Source: an uncultured Chloroflexia bacterium (GTDB lineage: Bacteria; Chloroflexota; Limnocylindria; QHBO01). Taken from it: a stretch of 64,000 nt of DNA. Below, one piece after another: positions 19,749-30,011 of this stretch. Both the position numbers and the translations under genes were made by a program. Position 1 is the stretch's first letter; each line of letters starts with the position of its first letter. The stretch is taken from contig CAWIVT010000008.1 in the NCBI GenBank assembly GCA_963839635.1, positions 381,657-445,656 on the forward strand. Direction: 5' to 3'. The notes under the pieces were generated by a model. The model did no database searches. It was not told the DNA's origin and saw nothing but the letters and a program-made list of their open reading frames with translations.

Positions 19749-20654
19749 ATGCCCAAACGCAGACGAAAGCCCGCCAGCGACGACGGAAGGCTGATCGGCG
19801 GCCGGTATCGCCTCGGCGAGCGGATCGGCCGCGGTGGGATGGCAACCGTGTATCGGGCGCACGACGAGCAGCTCGATCGCGCGGTCGCGCTGAAGATGAT
19901 GCGCGCCGACCTCGGCGAGGACCCGCTGTTCGTCAAGCGCTTCGAGGCAGAGGCCCGACGCGCGGCCTCGGTCGTCCATCCGAACGTCGTCCCGGTGTAC
20001 GACGTAGGGGTCGACGAGGCTCCCTACATGGTGATGGAGCTCATCGAGGGGGGCGACCTCGCCAAGGTCCTCGCCGCGGGCCCGGTCCCTCCCGAGCGAG
20101 CCGCGCGCCTGACGGCCGATGCCGCAGCGGCACTGCAGGCCGCGCACAACGCCGGCCTCGTCCACCGCGACGTGAAGCCGGGCAACATCCTGCTGCGGGC
20201 GGATGGGCAGGCAGTGGTCGCCGACTTCGGGATCGCGCGTGCGACCGGCGAGGACAGCATGACGAAGACCGGGGCGATGCTTGGCTCCGTCGAGTACTTC
20301 AGCCCGGAGCAGGCCCGTGGCGAGCGAGCCGGCCCGAGCAGCGACATCTATGCGCTCGGCGTCGTGCTATATGAGCTTCTCACCGGCCGGCGAGCCTTCA
20401 CCGGTGATACGCCCTATGCCGTGGCGACTGCCCGCCTCCGTGTCCCACCTCCGGACCCCCTCGCGGTCGTCACGACCCTGCCGCCCGCGCTCGGCGAGAT
20501 CGCTACGCGTGCGATGGCGCGCGATCCCGCCCGCCGCTTCCCCTCTGCAGAGACCATGCGCAACGCGCTGATGGCGTGGCTCGAGGATGCCGGCCCTCCG
20601 CCCCTTGCCATACCGGCTCGCCTTGGCAGCACCGCAGGCGGCGAAGCCGGGTGA
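19749..20654 (+). CDS. Ser/Thr protein kinase, catalytic domain (ORF ends prematurely)
   Basis: Contains GRGGMATVY, VALK, HRDVKPGNILL, DFGIA and SPEQ, the Hanks-kinase motifs. Confidence 0.85.
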   Translation: MPKRRRKPASDDGRLIGGRYRLGERIGRGGMATVYRAHDEQLDRAVALKMMRADLGEDPLFVKRFEAEARRAASVVHPNVVPVYDVGVDEAPYMVMELIEGGDLAKVLAAGPVPPERAARLTADAAAALQAAHNAGLVHRDVKPGNILLRADGQAVVADFGIARATGEDSMTKTGAMLGSVEYFSPEQARGERAGPSSDIYALGVVLYELLTGRRAFTGDTPYAVATARLRVPPPDPLAVVTTLPPALGEIATRAMARDPARRFPSAETMRNALMAWLEDAGPPPLAIPARLGSTAGGEAG

Positions 20655-21390
20655 CACCTCGGTCTCCGTTCCGATCGCGGCGCCGGTTCCGTCCCCCGCC
20701 TCGGCACCGGTCAGCATCGGCGCCGGCGAGACTCAAGCGCGACGGCGGCGCGGCGTGGCGATCGGGCCGCTTGCTCTCATCCTCGTGGCCCTGATCGCCG
20801 GGGGCTACCTCGGGGCTCGGCTCATTGACGGGCGGCAGGCTCCCCTGCCCGGCATCGTCGTGGGCTCGCCGGGGGGCGAGGTGATAGCCGATGCGACACC
20901 TACTCCTGAGCCGCTCGCCACCCGTTCATCGCCGCCCACCCCGACCCAGACGAGCACACCCGCACCGGAGGACCGAACGCCGGCCCCCACAGAGGTACCA
21001 GCGCCGGCCCCCACGGAGGTACCTGCGCCGGCCCCGACCGTTGGGCCTCCGGCACCGACCGATGCCGCGGTCGCGCTGGCTGGGCCGGACGATGCGGTGG
21101 CCGCCTTCTACGCGGACGTTACAGCGGGTAGGTTCGACGACGCGTATGCGCTGTGGAGCGACCGCATGAAGGCAACCTACCCGAGGCAGGAGAACCTGGA
21201 CAATCGCTTTGACGAGACGGCCGACATCACGTTCGACGCGCTGTACGTCGCCGAGGAATCGGCGTCAGCGGCAACCGTGCAGGCCAACTTCCTCGAGACG
21301 TACGACTCGGGCAGCAGCCGACGCTTCATCGGCTACTGGCGTCTGGTGCGCGTGAACGGCCGATGGCTGCTCGACGCGCCTACCTACTGA
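20587..21390 (+). CDS. probable C-terminal part of the same kinase (linker, TM, extracellular domain) in another frame
   Basis: Pro-rich linker, TM segment IGPLALILVALIAGGYLG, then a globular domain. The frame differs from the kinase ORF. Confidence 0.55.
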   Translation: MPALRPLPYRLALAAPQAAKPGDTSVSVPIAAPVPSPASAPVSIGAGETQARRRRGVAIGPLALILVALIAGGYLGARLIDGRQAPLPGIVVGSPGGEVIADATPTPEPLATRSSPPTPTQTSTPAPEDRTPAPTEVPAPAPTEVPAPAPTVGPPAPTDAAVALAGPDDAVAAFYADVTAGRFDDAYALWSDRMKATYPRQENLDNRFDETADITFDALYVAEESASAATVQANFLETYDSGSSRRFIGYWRLVRVNGRWLLDAPTY

Positions 21391-21457
21391 AGCAATCCCT
21401 TGGCATGCCGCCGCTTCCTCACACGCGACGGCTCACCCGATATCGAAGGAGTAACCG

Positions 21458-21668
21458 ATGACCGAACGAGCACAGGGCGAGACCCTTGGGCCCGAGCAGG
21501 AGCCCACCGAAGCCGGCGACCAGGACCCCGCCGCCCGCGATCCGCGCCCGGATGGCCCGATGAACCAGCCAGTCGACCAGGACCAGGCGAGCGACGAGTT
21601 CGGCGAAGAGCCCGGATGCCGCGTACGGTCAGCGCGAGGGCCAGGCGGATCCCGAGGGCGGCCGCTGA
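21458..21668 (+). CDS. small acidic hypothetical protein (needs one frameshift near 21611-21615)
   Basis: Strong SD (AAGGAG) lies 7 nt upstream of ATG 21458. The end is inferred from the alternative frame ...DAAYGQREGQADPEGGR*. Confidence 0.25.
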
Positions 21669-21689
21669 CGACGCGCCGGCCGGCTGACC

Positions 21690-22954
21690 CTAGAGGATGT
21701 CGTGCTCGCGGGCGTCGAAGGGCCGGTCGGGGCGGAAGGGATTCGCCGCGCGGATCGGCCGCGCCGGTGAGCAGGTCGACCACCAGCCGGCTGCCGCCGG
21801 CGCCGGCCATGATCCCGTGACCCGAGTAGCCGCCGTTGAGGAAGAGGCCGTCCGGGCCCGATCGGCCCGAGGTAGGGCCGGCGGTCGGGCGTGTACTCGT
21901 ATTGGCCGGCCTGCAGGAACCAGTGGAGCGGTTGGCGCTCCGCCGGCCCACGCGTCGCGCCAGAACGGCGCCACGCGCGCCAGGGCGTGGTCGGAGGCCG
22001 GGATCCAGCAGGCCGAAGGCCCAGTCGTGCTCGATCGGGCACCGGGTCGTGCGGCTCGGATGGCCGGCGCCTGCGGGATCGGTGAACAGCGCCAGGCAGC
22101 CGCGCATGGCGGGGCGCCAGTGGGCGGCCGTCTCCTCCTCGATCGTCATCGGCGCGTCGGGCGGTACCGCCGGCAGCTCCGGGACGACGAGCTTCTGGCG
22201 GCGCGTCGGCCGCAGGTCGACGTCGCACGCCGGCCAGCGCGGCGACCTGTGCGGTGAACGGTCCGGCTGCGACGATCACCGTGCCGGCGCCGACGTCGCC
22301 CCGCGCGTGGTTCGCACGCCGCGAGACGCGCTCGCCGTCCGAGCGTGATCCCGGTCACGCCGGCTGCGCGTGACGAACGTTGCCCCGCCCGCCGCCGGCG
22401 GCGTCGGGGATGCGGTCGGCGTTCGACGCGGCCGTGGCATAGCCGATCGTCAGTCGCTTGACGTCGAGCCAGCCGTCCCCGCGCGGTAGCGCGCGCCGCG
22501 AACCTCGGCAGAGAGCCACGGCCAGCGCGGCACGGGCCTCGTCGCCGGTGAGCAGCTCGACATCGGTCAGGCCCCAGGTCCGCTGGCGCTCGACCAGGCG
22601 GCGCGGTTCGCTCGAGGGTCGCATCGGTCAGGGAGCAGAACAGGTACCCGCCATGGCGCAGGCCGAGATCCCAGCCGTCGAGACCCGTTGCGCTCCGCGA
22701 ACGCGTCGAACAGCTCGACGCCCTCGCGCACCGTGGCGATCTCCTCGGGGTTGTCGAACTGGAGCCGGAAGGCGCCGGTCGAGGCCGGCGTGGTCAGGGT
22801 CCCCAGCGCCGCGCGCCGCTCGAGGACGACGACCTGCAGTCCGGCGCGGGCGGCAAAGAAGGCGGTCGCGCAGCCGATCGATGCCGCCGCCGATGACCAC
22901 CACGTCGGCGGTGGCGGGCAGGTCGTCGGCGAAGCGAACCTTCGGCTCGGCCAT
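21690..22954 (-). pseudogene. FAD-dependent oxidoreductase (DAO family), multiple frameshifts
   Basis: N-terminal MAEPKV...ADVVVIGGGI, middle GYLF..., C-terminal FLNGGYSGHGIMAGAG. These are spread over at least 4 frame segments (ORFs 22628.., 22355.., 21629.., 21433.., 21690..). Confidence 0.7.
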
Positions 22955-22986
22955 CGCCTGCAAGTCTAGCGGGTAGGATCCGCGCC

Positions 22987-24182
22987 ATGAACGCGGAGCG
23001 ACCGGGCCGACGTCGTCATCGTCGGCGGCGCGATCATCGGCATCGGCGGTGGCGACCTTCCTGGCGGCCCGACCGGACTTCGACGGTCGGATCGTGGTGG
23101 TCGAGCGCGACCCGACCTTCCGCACCTCCTCGACGACGCTGTCGGCCGCGAGCATCCGCCTCCAGTTCAGCACGCCGCTGAACATCGAGATCAGCCGCTT
23201 CGGGGTCGAGGTCATCAAGCACCTCGACCGCTACCTGGCGGTCGACGGCGATCGCGCCCGAGGTCGACTTCGTCGAGAACGGCTACCTCTTCCTCGCGAC
23301 CGATGCGGGCCTCGCGACACTCGAGCGCAACCACGCGCGTTCAGCGCGAGCTGGACGTGCCCGTCACGCTGCTCGGCCGCTCGGAGCTGCGGCGCCGCTT
23401 TCCATGGCTCCACACCGACGACCTGGCCGGCGGTTCGCTGGGCCTGTCCGACGAGGGCTGGTTCGACGCCTATGCGCTGCTTCAGGGCTTCCGGCGGCGG
23501 GCCCGCTCGCTCGGCGGTCGAGCAGCGCATCGGCGAGGTGGTCGGCATCGAGCGCGACGGCGATCGTGCCGCGCGGCGTTCGGCCTGGCCGATGGAGGAG
23601 CCATCGACGCCGAATGGGTCGTGAACGCGGCCGGCCCGCGCGCCGCAGACGTCGCCGCGCATGGCCGGCATCGAGCTGCCCGTGCGGCCACGCAAGCGGC
23701 ACGTCTACCACTTCGAGGCGCCGGTCAGCCTCGGCGCCGCGCCGCTGACCATCGACCCATCCGGCGTCTACTTCCGCCCGGAGGGGCCAACCTACATCGC
23801 CGGCTTCTCGCCGCGCGACGGCGATCCGGACCCCGACACGCTCGACCTCGCGCCGACCGGGCGCCGTTCGAGTCGTTCGTGTGGCCGGCGCTGGCGCATC
23901 GCGTCCCGGCGTTCGACCAGCTGCGCCTGCTCGACACGTGGGCCGGCCACTACGAGGTCAACACCCTCGACCACAACGCGATCATCGGTCCGCACCCGGC
24001 CATCGCGAACCTGCTGTTCGCGAACGGCTTCTCAGGTCACGGGCTCCAGCAGGCACCAGCCGTCGGGCGAGGGCTGGCAGAGTGGATCGCCAGCGGCCGC
24101 TACGAGACGCTCGACCTGTCGCCGCTCGGCTACGAGCCGCATCGCGCGCGGCGAGCCGATCCGCGAGCTCAACGTCGTCTGA
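22987..24182 (+). pseudogene. FAD-dependent oxidoreductase (DAO family), multiple frameshifts
   Basis: DVVIVGGAIIG (23009-23041), FLAARPDFDGRIVVVERD, GYLFLATD and FANGFSGHGLQQAPAVG are all in different frames. Confidence 0.7.
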
Positions 24183-24223
24183 GACGAGGGCGAGCCGTCC
24201 AGGACGTACCGGCGCCGCGAGGC

Positions 24224-24829
24224 TCACGAGCATCCGACGTCCGGCGGCATGCGGGTCGGCGAAGGTGACGATCCCCTTCGGCGGCTCCGCGCAGGACTCG
24301 CGCGGTGTCGACGATGACCATGCCCGTCCTCGTCGATCACGCACGGGGAAGCGGTCCATGCCGCGCTGCGCCGGTCCCATCTCGAGCTTCTCGCCGAGGA
24401 TGTTGTAGGTGCTCTGGTGGCAGCGGCACTGGAAGCGCTTCCCGACTCGTCGCAGGCCTCCGGGACCATGCAGCCGAGGTGCGGGCACTTGCGCCACAGC
24501 GCGAGCATGTCGGCCGCCGGGGTCGGCGGCATGTCGACCGTCTCCCCGCTCGCCATGCGCGCTTCGCGGCCGGGACGTTGACCAGAAAGCTGCGCGCCGG
24601 GCGTGAAGCTCGAACGGGTAGCCGTTCGCGAAGGCGGGACGCCGCGTTGAGCCGTCCGCCAGCGTGCCGACGCGGAACTTCGCGCCGAGGCCCTCCGGAT
24701 GTTCGGCCACAGGAAGGCGAGCGAGCCGCCGACGAACTCGAGCGACAGGAGGCCGACGCCGGCGCCGACCATGCGCCGCATGAAGGATCGCCGGCTGAGC
24801 GGTCCGCTCGTCGAGCATCGGTCCAGCAC
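24224..24829 (-). pseudogene. Rieske [2Fe-2S] protein with Tat-like signal, frameshifted
   Basis: SRRSFMRRMVGAG is a twin-arginine signal. CPHLGC (frame of ORF 24224..24829) and CRCH (frame of ORF 23982..24818) lie in different frames. Confidence 0.65.
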
Positions 24830-24848
24830 CTCGACGGGGCTGTGGCGC

Positions 24849-26352
24849 TCACATCAGGCGCCTCGCTCGGCGTGCGGGCAAGGGGCGGATGTCCTGAAGC
24901 GGGCGGGACGCCGGCGCCTGCCTACGGATGCTCGAGCGGCATGGAACTCGGAATCGGGCGCTCCCTGCGGGCGCCTGGGCCGACGGGCCGCGTGGTGCGC
25001 GTGTCGAGACGGCGAGCGTCAGGAGCGAGGCGACGAACATCAGGCCGAACACGATGCCGATGGCGGTGCCAGCTCCAGCGCGCCCGCCTCGGCCAGGGCA
25101 ACGATCGCCCCGCCGACCCCCGCACCGAACGCGGTGCCGAGCGTGAACATGAGCTGGAGCGCGGCCGAGCTGAAGCCCTCCTCGCCCGGGCGTCGAGGTC
25201 TCGAGCATGAGCAGAGCGAGCATCGAGTAGGCGAGCCCCATGCCGAGCCCGGCGACGGCCCAGCCGACGGCCGCCACGCAGCATCGGCATGCCCGGCAGC
25301 AGGACGAGCGCGCGTGATCGCGATGCCGGCGCGCGATGAGCGCCGCGCCGACCATCACCAGCGCGCGCCGGATGCCGGCGGCCGCCGGCCCGCGCCTGGA
25401 GCCACGAGCGGCGCCCAGGTCACGGCCGCGGCCGAGAGCGCCAGCGCCGCCGAGCGTGACGCTGCCGCCGCGGACCTCGACAACGGTGAGCGGCACGAAG
25501 GCCTCGGTGCCGAAGAACGCGAAGGCGATGGCGAAGACGGCCGACCGCGACCGACGGGCGGCCGCGCGGCGAGGCGCAGCGCTCCCGGCGGCAGCAGGTG
25601 GCGCAGACGCGCCAAGCGCCAGCCAGCCGCCGACTACCGGCCAGCGCCGACGGCACAGGGGAATCAGGCCGATGGTCAGCGCGGCGAGCAGCAGCGTCGA
25701 GCCGACCGCGAGGCGCACGGCGTCGAGCGCGCGACTCGTATCGCTCCGAGCGCCGGCTCCGCCGTTGCGGTCGCCGGTCCCAGGCGCGCCAGCTGCGGGT
25801 AGAGCGGCGAGGCCCATCAGGAGCACCGGTGGCACGATCGCCAGGAAGACCCAGCGCCAGCCGAGCGCATCGGTCACCAGGCCGGCCAGCGCCGGCCCGA
25901 CGAGGCCCGGCACGACCCACGCGCTCGAGACAAGCGCGATCATGCGCGGCGTCGCCGAGCCGGGATACGCGCGCGCGATGGCCGCGTACACCACGGAGCC
26001 GATGCGCCCCTGACCCGAAGCCCTGGATGGCGCGGCCGGCGATGACCATCGGCATGCCGGTGGCGACGCCGCGACACGAGCATGCCGGCGGCGAACAGCG
26101 CGACCCCGACGCGAAGGCGCGCGCCGGGCCGCGCCGGTCGGCGTCCGACCCGGCGAGCGTGATGCCGATGATGTTCGTCAGCCAGAACGCGCTGAAGGCC
26201 CAGCCGTAGAGGTCGAGCCCGCCGAGCTCGTCGACGAGCGCCGGCAGGATGGTCGGGACGGCCATGCCCTCGAAGGCGGCCGCCGTGACGAGGCCGATGA
26301 GCCCGACGGTCAGCAGCCGCCGCTCGGGCGCCCAGGCGCCTCGCGCGGTCAC
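24849..26352 (-). pseudogene. MFS transporter, frameshifted
   Basis: The N-terminal half is in ORF 25420..26352 and the continuation is in ORF 24849..25994 (different frame). Confidence 0.6.
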
Positions 26353-27530
26353 TCGAGGACCGCCGGCCCCAGCAGGAGCGGCGAGCCGAGCTTGGCCTCG
26401 TAGCGCGGGCGGAAGCGCTCGGCGTTGTACATCGCAGCCACGTCGAGCGTGCGCGCGCCGTGCGAGCGCGCTCGGGCAGCGGCGCGTGCGCGTACTTGCC
26501 GTCGCGGATCGCGACCATGCGGCCGAACAGGCCGTCGGCCAGCAGGTCGACCGCGACGTTGGCGAACGTGATGGCCACCATCTGGTCGAGCGCGTCGGGA
26601 TCGCCGGAGCGCAGGTCGTAGGTGAGGTCGCTGTGCACCGTCTCGATGCCGGTGCGGCGCTTCAGCTCGTTGGCCAGCGCCTCGCCCGACGTCGGCCTTG
26701 TGGCGGTGGCCGTAGGCGTCGGCCTCGCCGATCTCGTCGCAGCTCGCCGCCGCTGCCAGATGGCGCCCTCGCTGGCGATCACGAAGGCGTAGCCGGACGG
26801 GTTGAGGCGGCGATCGTCGGCCAGGAGGTCCGCCAGGGCGTCGAGGTCGAACGGCGCCTCGGGGATGACGCAGCGCGCGCTCGTCACGTAGGCCGCGTAC
26901 CACGCCGTGTAGCCGGCGTTGCGGCCGAAGATGCGGAAGACGCCGATCCGCTCGTGGCTGCCGAGCGTCGTGCGCTGGCGGTTGATGAGCTCCTTGGCGC
27001 GGGTCACCGCGGTCGAGAAGCCGATGCAGTACTCGGTGCCGTGCACGTCGTTGTCCATGGTCTTGGGGATGGCGACGACCGGGAAGCCCTCGCGCCCGAG
27101 CCGGGCCGCGTAGCTGAGCGTGTCGTCGCCGCCGATGGCGACCAGCGCCGTCGACCTCGAGCGCGCTCGAGGTTCTCGAGCACGATCGGCGTCAGGTCGT
27201 AGCGGCCCTCCTCGGTCTCCAGGCGCCCGACGCGCCGGGTCGAGGCGCTCCGGGCAGCGCGCTGCGCGGCCCATGCTCGACGGGTTCGTGCGCGAGGTGT
27301 GCAGGACGGTGCCGCCGGTGCGGTCGATGGCGCGCGTGGCGACCCGGTCGAGCGGTCGCAGGTAGCCGCCGCCATCCGCCTCGGGGGTCCATGTGGGTCA
27401 GGCCCTGCCAGCCGCGGCGGATGCCGAGGGCCTCCCAGCCGACCTCGCTGGACCGATACACGACGCTCTTGATGACCGAGTTGAGGCCCGGGACGTCGCC
27501 GCCGCCGGTGAGAATGGCGATGCGTTTCAT
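26349..27530 (-). pseudogene. pfkA: 6-phosphofructokinase (ATP- or PPi-dependent), frameshifted
   Basis: [17 protein letters not shown] (ORF 27192..27593), IGGDDTL...PKTMDNDV (ORF 25940..27274) and the C-terminus (ORF 26349..26903) are in different frames. Confidence 0.75.
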
Positions 27531-27658
27531 GACGTGCACGGGCCATGCTGCCAGATCGGAGCCCGATTTGTGAAAATGGCCGATTTCTGGCACAATTGGG
27601 TCTCCCGCAAACGGAGTCCCGCCCTGTGTCCTCGACCCCCACTCGTCAGCGCCGCTAT

Positions 27659-27817
27659 GTGACGTGGCGCCTTCCGGATCGCCACTTCAGCAAGGTGCAT
27701 CTCATCGGTGAGCCCGGCTCGACGATCTGCGGCCGCGCCCTTCCGCGCGCCATCGGCCAGCCGAAGGCGCCGATCCCCGATTCGGAGATGTGCCCGGACT
27801 GCGACGCCCAGGGCTAG
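27659..27817 (+). CDS. small Cys-containing hypothetical protein
   Basis: In-frame GTG at 27659. Reads [28 protein letters not shown]...[10 protein letters not shown]. No recognised family. Confidence 0.25.
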   Translation: MTWRLPDRHFSKVHLIGEPGSTICGRALPRAIGQPKAPIPDSEMCPDCDAQG

Positions 27818-27889
27818 CTCCGCATTCCGATGGCATTCCCACCGGCCGCCGATCTCGAAGGCGGCCGGTCCGCTTTTCCGGCGTTGGTC

Positions 27890-28411
27890 GTGCCGGCCGA
27901 TGCGCTCGTCCTGCTGATCGGGATCGCGGCGAGCGGCAAGAGCACCTTCGCGGGCCGCGCACTTCGCTCCGACCGAGGTCCTCTCCTCGGACGCGCTGCG
28001 CGGCGATGATCACCGACGACCCGTCCGCGCAGGGCGCGACCGACGACGCGTTCGACCTGCTCCACCGCATCCTCGCCATGCGGCTGCGGCGCGGGCGGCT
28101 GACCGTCGTCGATGCCACGAACGTCGAGGAGTGGGCACGCGCCGAGCTGGTCGCCGATCGCCCGTCGCCACCGACGGCCGGCCGTCGCGATCGTCCTGGA
28201 CGTGCCGCTGGCCGGTCGCGCTCGAGCGGAACGCCACGCGCGCCGCGCCGCGCCCACCTCCGGCCGCCCTGCGCCGGCAGCATCGCCGGCTGATGGATTC
28301 CATCCTCGGCCTTGGGGCCGAGGGCTTCGCGGCCGTCCACCACTGCGGTCGGCGGAGGAGATCGACTCGGCCAGGATCGAGCGATCGCGCGCCCGGGAGC
28401 GTCAGTGCTGA
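27890..28411 (+). pseudogene. P-loop kinase (polynucleotide-kinase-like AAA ATPase), frameshifted
   Basis: LVLLIGIAASGKSTFA is a Walker A motif. ...LTVVDATNVEEWARAELV... and ...AVAIVLDVPL... are in three frames. Confidence 0.55.
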
Positions 28412-28424
28412 GGCCGGCTCGCGG

Positions 28425-28464
28425 CTGTCACGGGTTATATCACTACTGCTATAACCGCTGACAG
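28425..28464 (+). terminator. AT-rich imperfect hairpin followed by TTT (possible terminator of the kinase gene)
   Basis: Arms CTGTCACGGGTTATA and TATAACCGCTGACAG are complementary at 13 of 15 positions, with a 10-nt loop. The hairpin lies 14 nt after the stop at 28411. Confidence 0.4.
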
Positions 28465-28510
28465 TTTCACGGGCGTCGCCGCCCGAGGACGCCGGGCATC
28501 CGCTCAACCG

Positions 28511-28723
28511 GGACACACGAAGCGTCCCGAAGGAACAGGCGTCCGACTCCGGTGACCGAAGCCACCGAACCCGGTACCGGAACCTACAACCGAAGTCATG
28601 TGTTCCGGTATCGCTTGCCCCTTCGGGACGACCTCAGTATCGCCCGCCGTCCAGACGAGACGCAATACCACTTATCCCCGAACTTGCGACCGATACGGCG
28701 GCCTGTCCACAGCTCGTCCACGT
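28511..28723. repeat. 213-nt structured intergenic element, copy A (candidate ncRNA or MITE)
   Basis: Identical to 40834-41046 at 210 of 213 positions, with unrelated flanks. Contains multiple nested helices. See findings. Confidence 0.85.
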
Positions 28724-28845
28724 TGGGGCGTGTACTCGGTGCTTGCCCGCATCGCGAGCCGTCGCTTCGACCCTGTCAGCGCCACCCTCTGACAGGCAGG
28801 CTGCCTGACCCCTCCCGCCGCCATCGATCGCCACGCCGGACGCGG

Positions 28846-29970
28846 CTAAGGCAGCGACACCTCGATCGCCATGGTGGAGCCGCAGTCCTCGCACGTCACC
28901 GAACGTTCGCTGAGCCGCAGCGAAAAGCCATCGTCTGGAAGAGCATCGCGCGAGACCGCAACCACGAACACCGCGGCACCGGCCAGGGGTTGTGAACAGA
29001 CTCGCGGCGCGAGCGGGTCGGACGTGACGCTGAAGACCGTTCCATCGTCTACCTCGACGCCATCGAGCCTGAGCTCGGGACAGCCCCCGATGCCGTGCCC
29101 GAAGCTGACGACGACCTCAGTCTCAAAGTCGACAGCAGGCGGCTCCCCAACCAAGCCAAGCGCTCCCCACATCTGGGCCCACGTGGCAGAATCGGGCGCG
29201 GCGCGGACGGTGTGTGCCTCCGCGCTGCCGGTTTCGCCGAACGCGAGCAGCCGCCAGCCGTCGCCGTCGGCGGCGTTCTCCCAGGGACCGGGAACCGGGT
29301 GCACGGTGACGTCGAGACGCCCGCGATGAGCATTCTCCATTTGCTGCTCGAAGGTCGGATCGTTCGTCTTGACCTCGAGCGTGACGACGTTCCGAATGAT
29401 GTCGACCCCTGCGCCAACCAGCTCGAGCCCGGCATGGTTCATGGATGCAAGGTCGAGGCCCTCGAGGACCTCGTTGAGCTCGGCCTCCGTGAAGTCGACC
29501 CGCCGCACCCTCACGGCGACCCCCGCAGGCGCCAACGCGCTGGCCGCACGGGCGTGGCGCTCGACGTCGCGCGTGAAGAGGAGGACGACGTCGCCGCCGG
29601 CTGCCTGATCGATGTACATGCCGCCGAACGTATCGAAGTGCTCGGCGCCATACGCGGCCAGCATGCCCAGGTCGTCCTGGGCTTCGAACCGGCGATCGAG
29701 ATCGGCGGCCTCTTCGGGTGTCACGAGGAGGCCAAGGTCATGCCTCACCGAGTCGGCGGCGGCGTGGACGGCTTCAACGTACTCGACGTCCGAGCGCAAG
29801 CCGAAGTCGGTTCGCCTGATGATCGCATCGGCGATGTCCGCCGGCAGATCCGGATCGAAAGTGGGTGCCGGCTCGGGGCGCGGCGGGGGTTCGATGCGAG
29901 AGCCGCAGGCGGCGAGGAGCACGGCGGCCAGCATCAGGCTCCCTGCCCGGCCAATGCCCCGATATCGCAT
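28846..29970 (-). CDS. lipoprotein of unknown function
   Basis: Signal peptide plus lipobox (LLAACG). 374 aa with no recognised domain. Confidence 0.7.
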   Translation of the reverse strand: MRYRGIGRAGSLMLAAVLLAACGSRIEPPPRPEPAPTFDPDLPADIADAIIRRTDFGLRSDVEYVEAVHAAADSVRHDLGLLVTPEEAADLDRRFEAQDDLGMLAAYGAEHFDTFGGMYIDQAAGGDVVLLFTRDVERHARAASALAPAGVAVRVRRVDFTEAELNEVLEGLDLASMNHAGLELVGAGVDIIRNVVTLEVKTNDPTFEQQMENAHRGRLDVTVHPVPGPWENAADGDGWRLLAFGETGSAEAHTVRAAPDSATWAQMWGALGLVGEPPAVDFETEVVVSFGHGIGGCPELRLDGVEVDDGTVFSVTSDPLAPRVCSQPLAGAAVFVVAVSRDALPDDGFSLRLSERSVTCEDCGSTMAIEVSLP

Positions 29971-30011
29971 CTCCCAGCCCTCCGTGCCTGCACGCTAGAC
30001 TGCGCGCCATC

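Noticed and set aside
21401-21416. Sigma-54-like TGGCAT-N-GCTT upstream of the small acidic ORF
   Set aside because: The GG-to-GC spacing is 9 nt rather than 10, and the -12 element is poor.
28524-28541. Resemblance of GTCCCGAAGGAACAGGCG to the SRP RNA helix-8 motif (UCCGGAAGGAAGCAGC)
   Set aside because: The loop is CGAA rather than the GNRA loop GGAA. The element occurs twice, and the rest does not resemble 4.5S RNA. The resemblance is probably coincidental.
28552-28995. ORF running through repeat copy A (the same frame is open through copy B)
   Set aside because: The product is Arg/Pro-rich with no domain. The ORF continues into unrelated sequence in each copy. The region has lower GC and dense secondary structure, so a noncoding interpretation is preferred.
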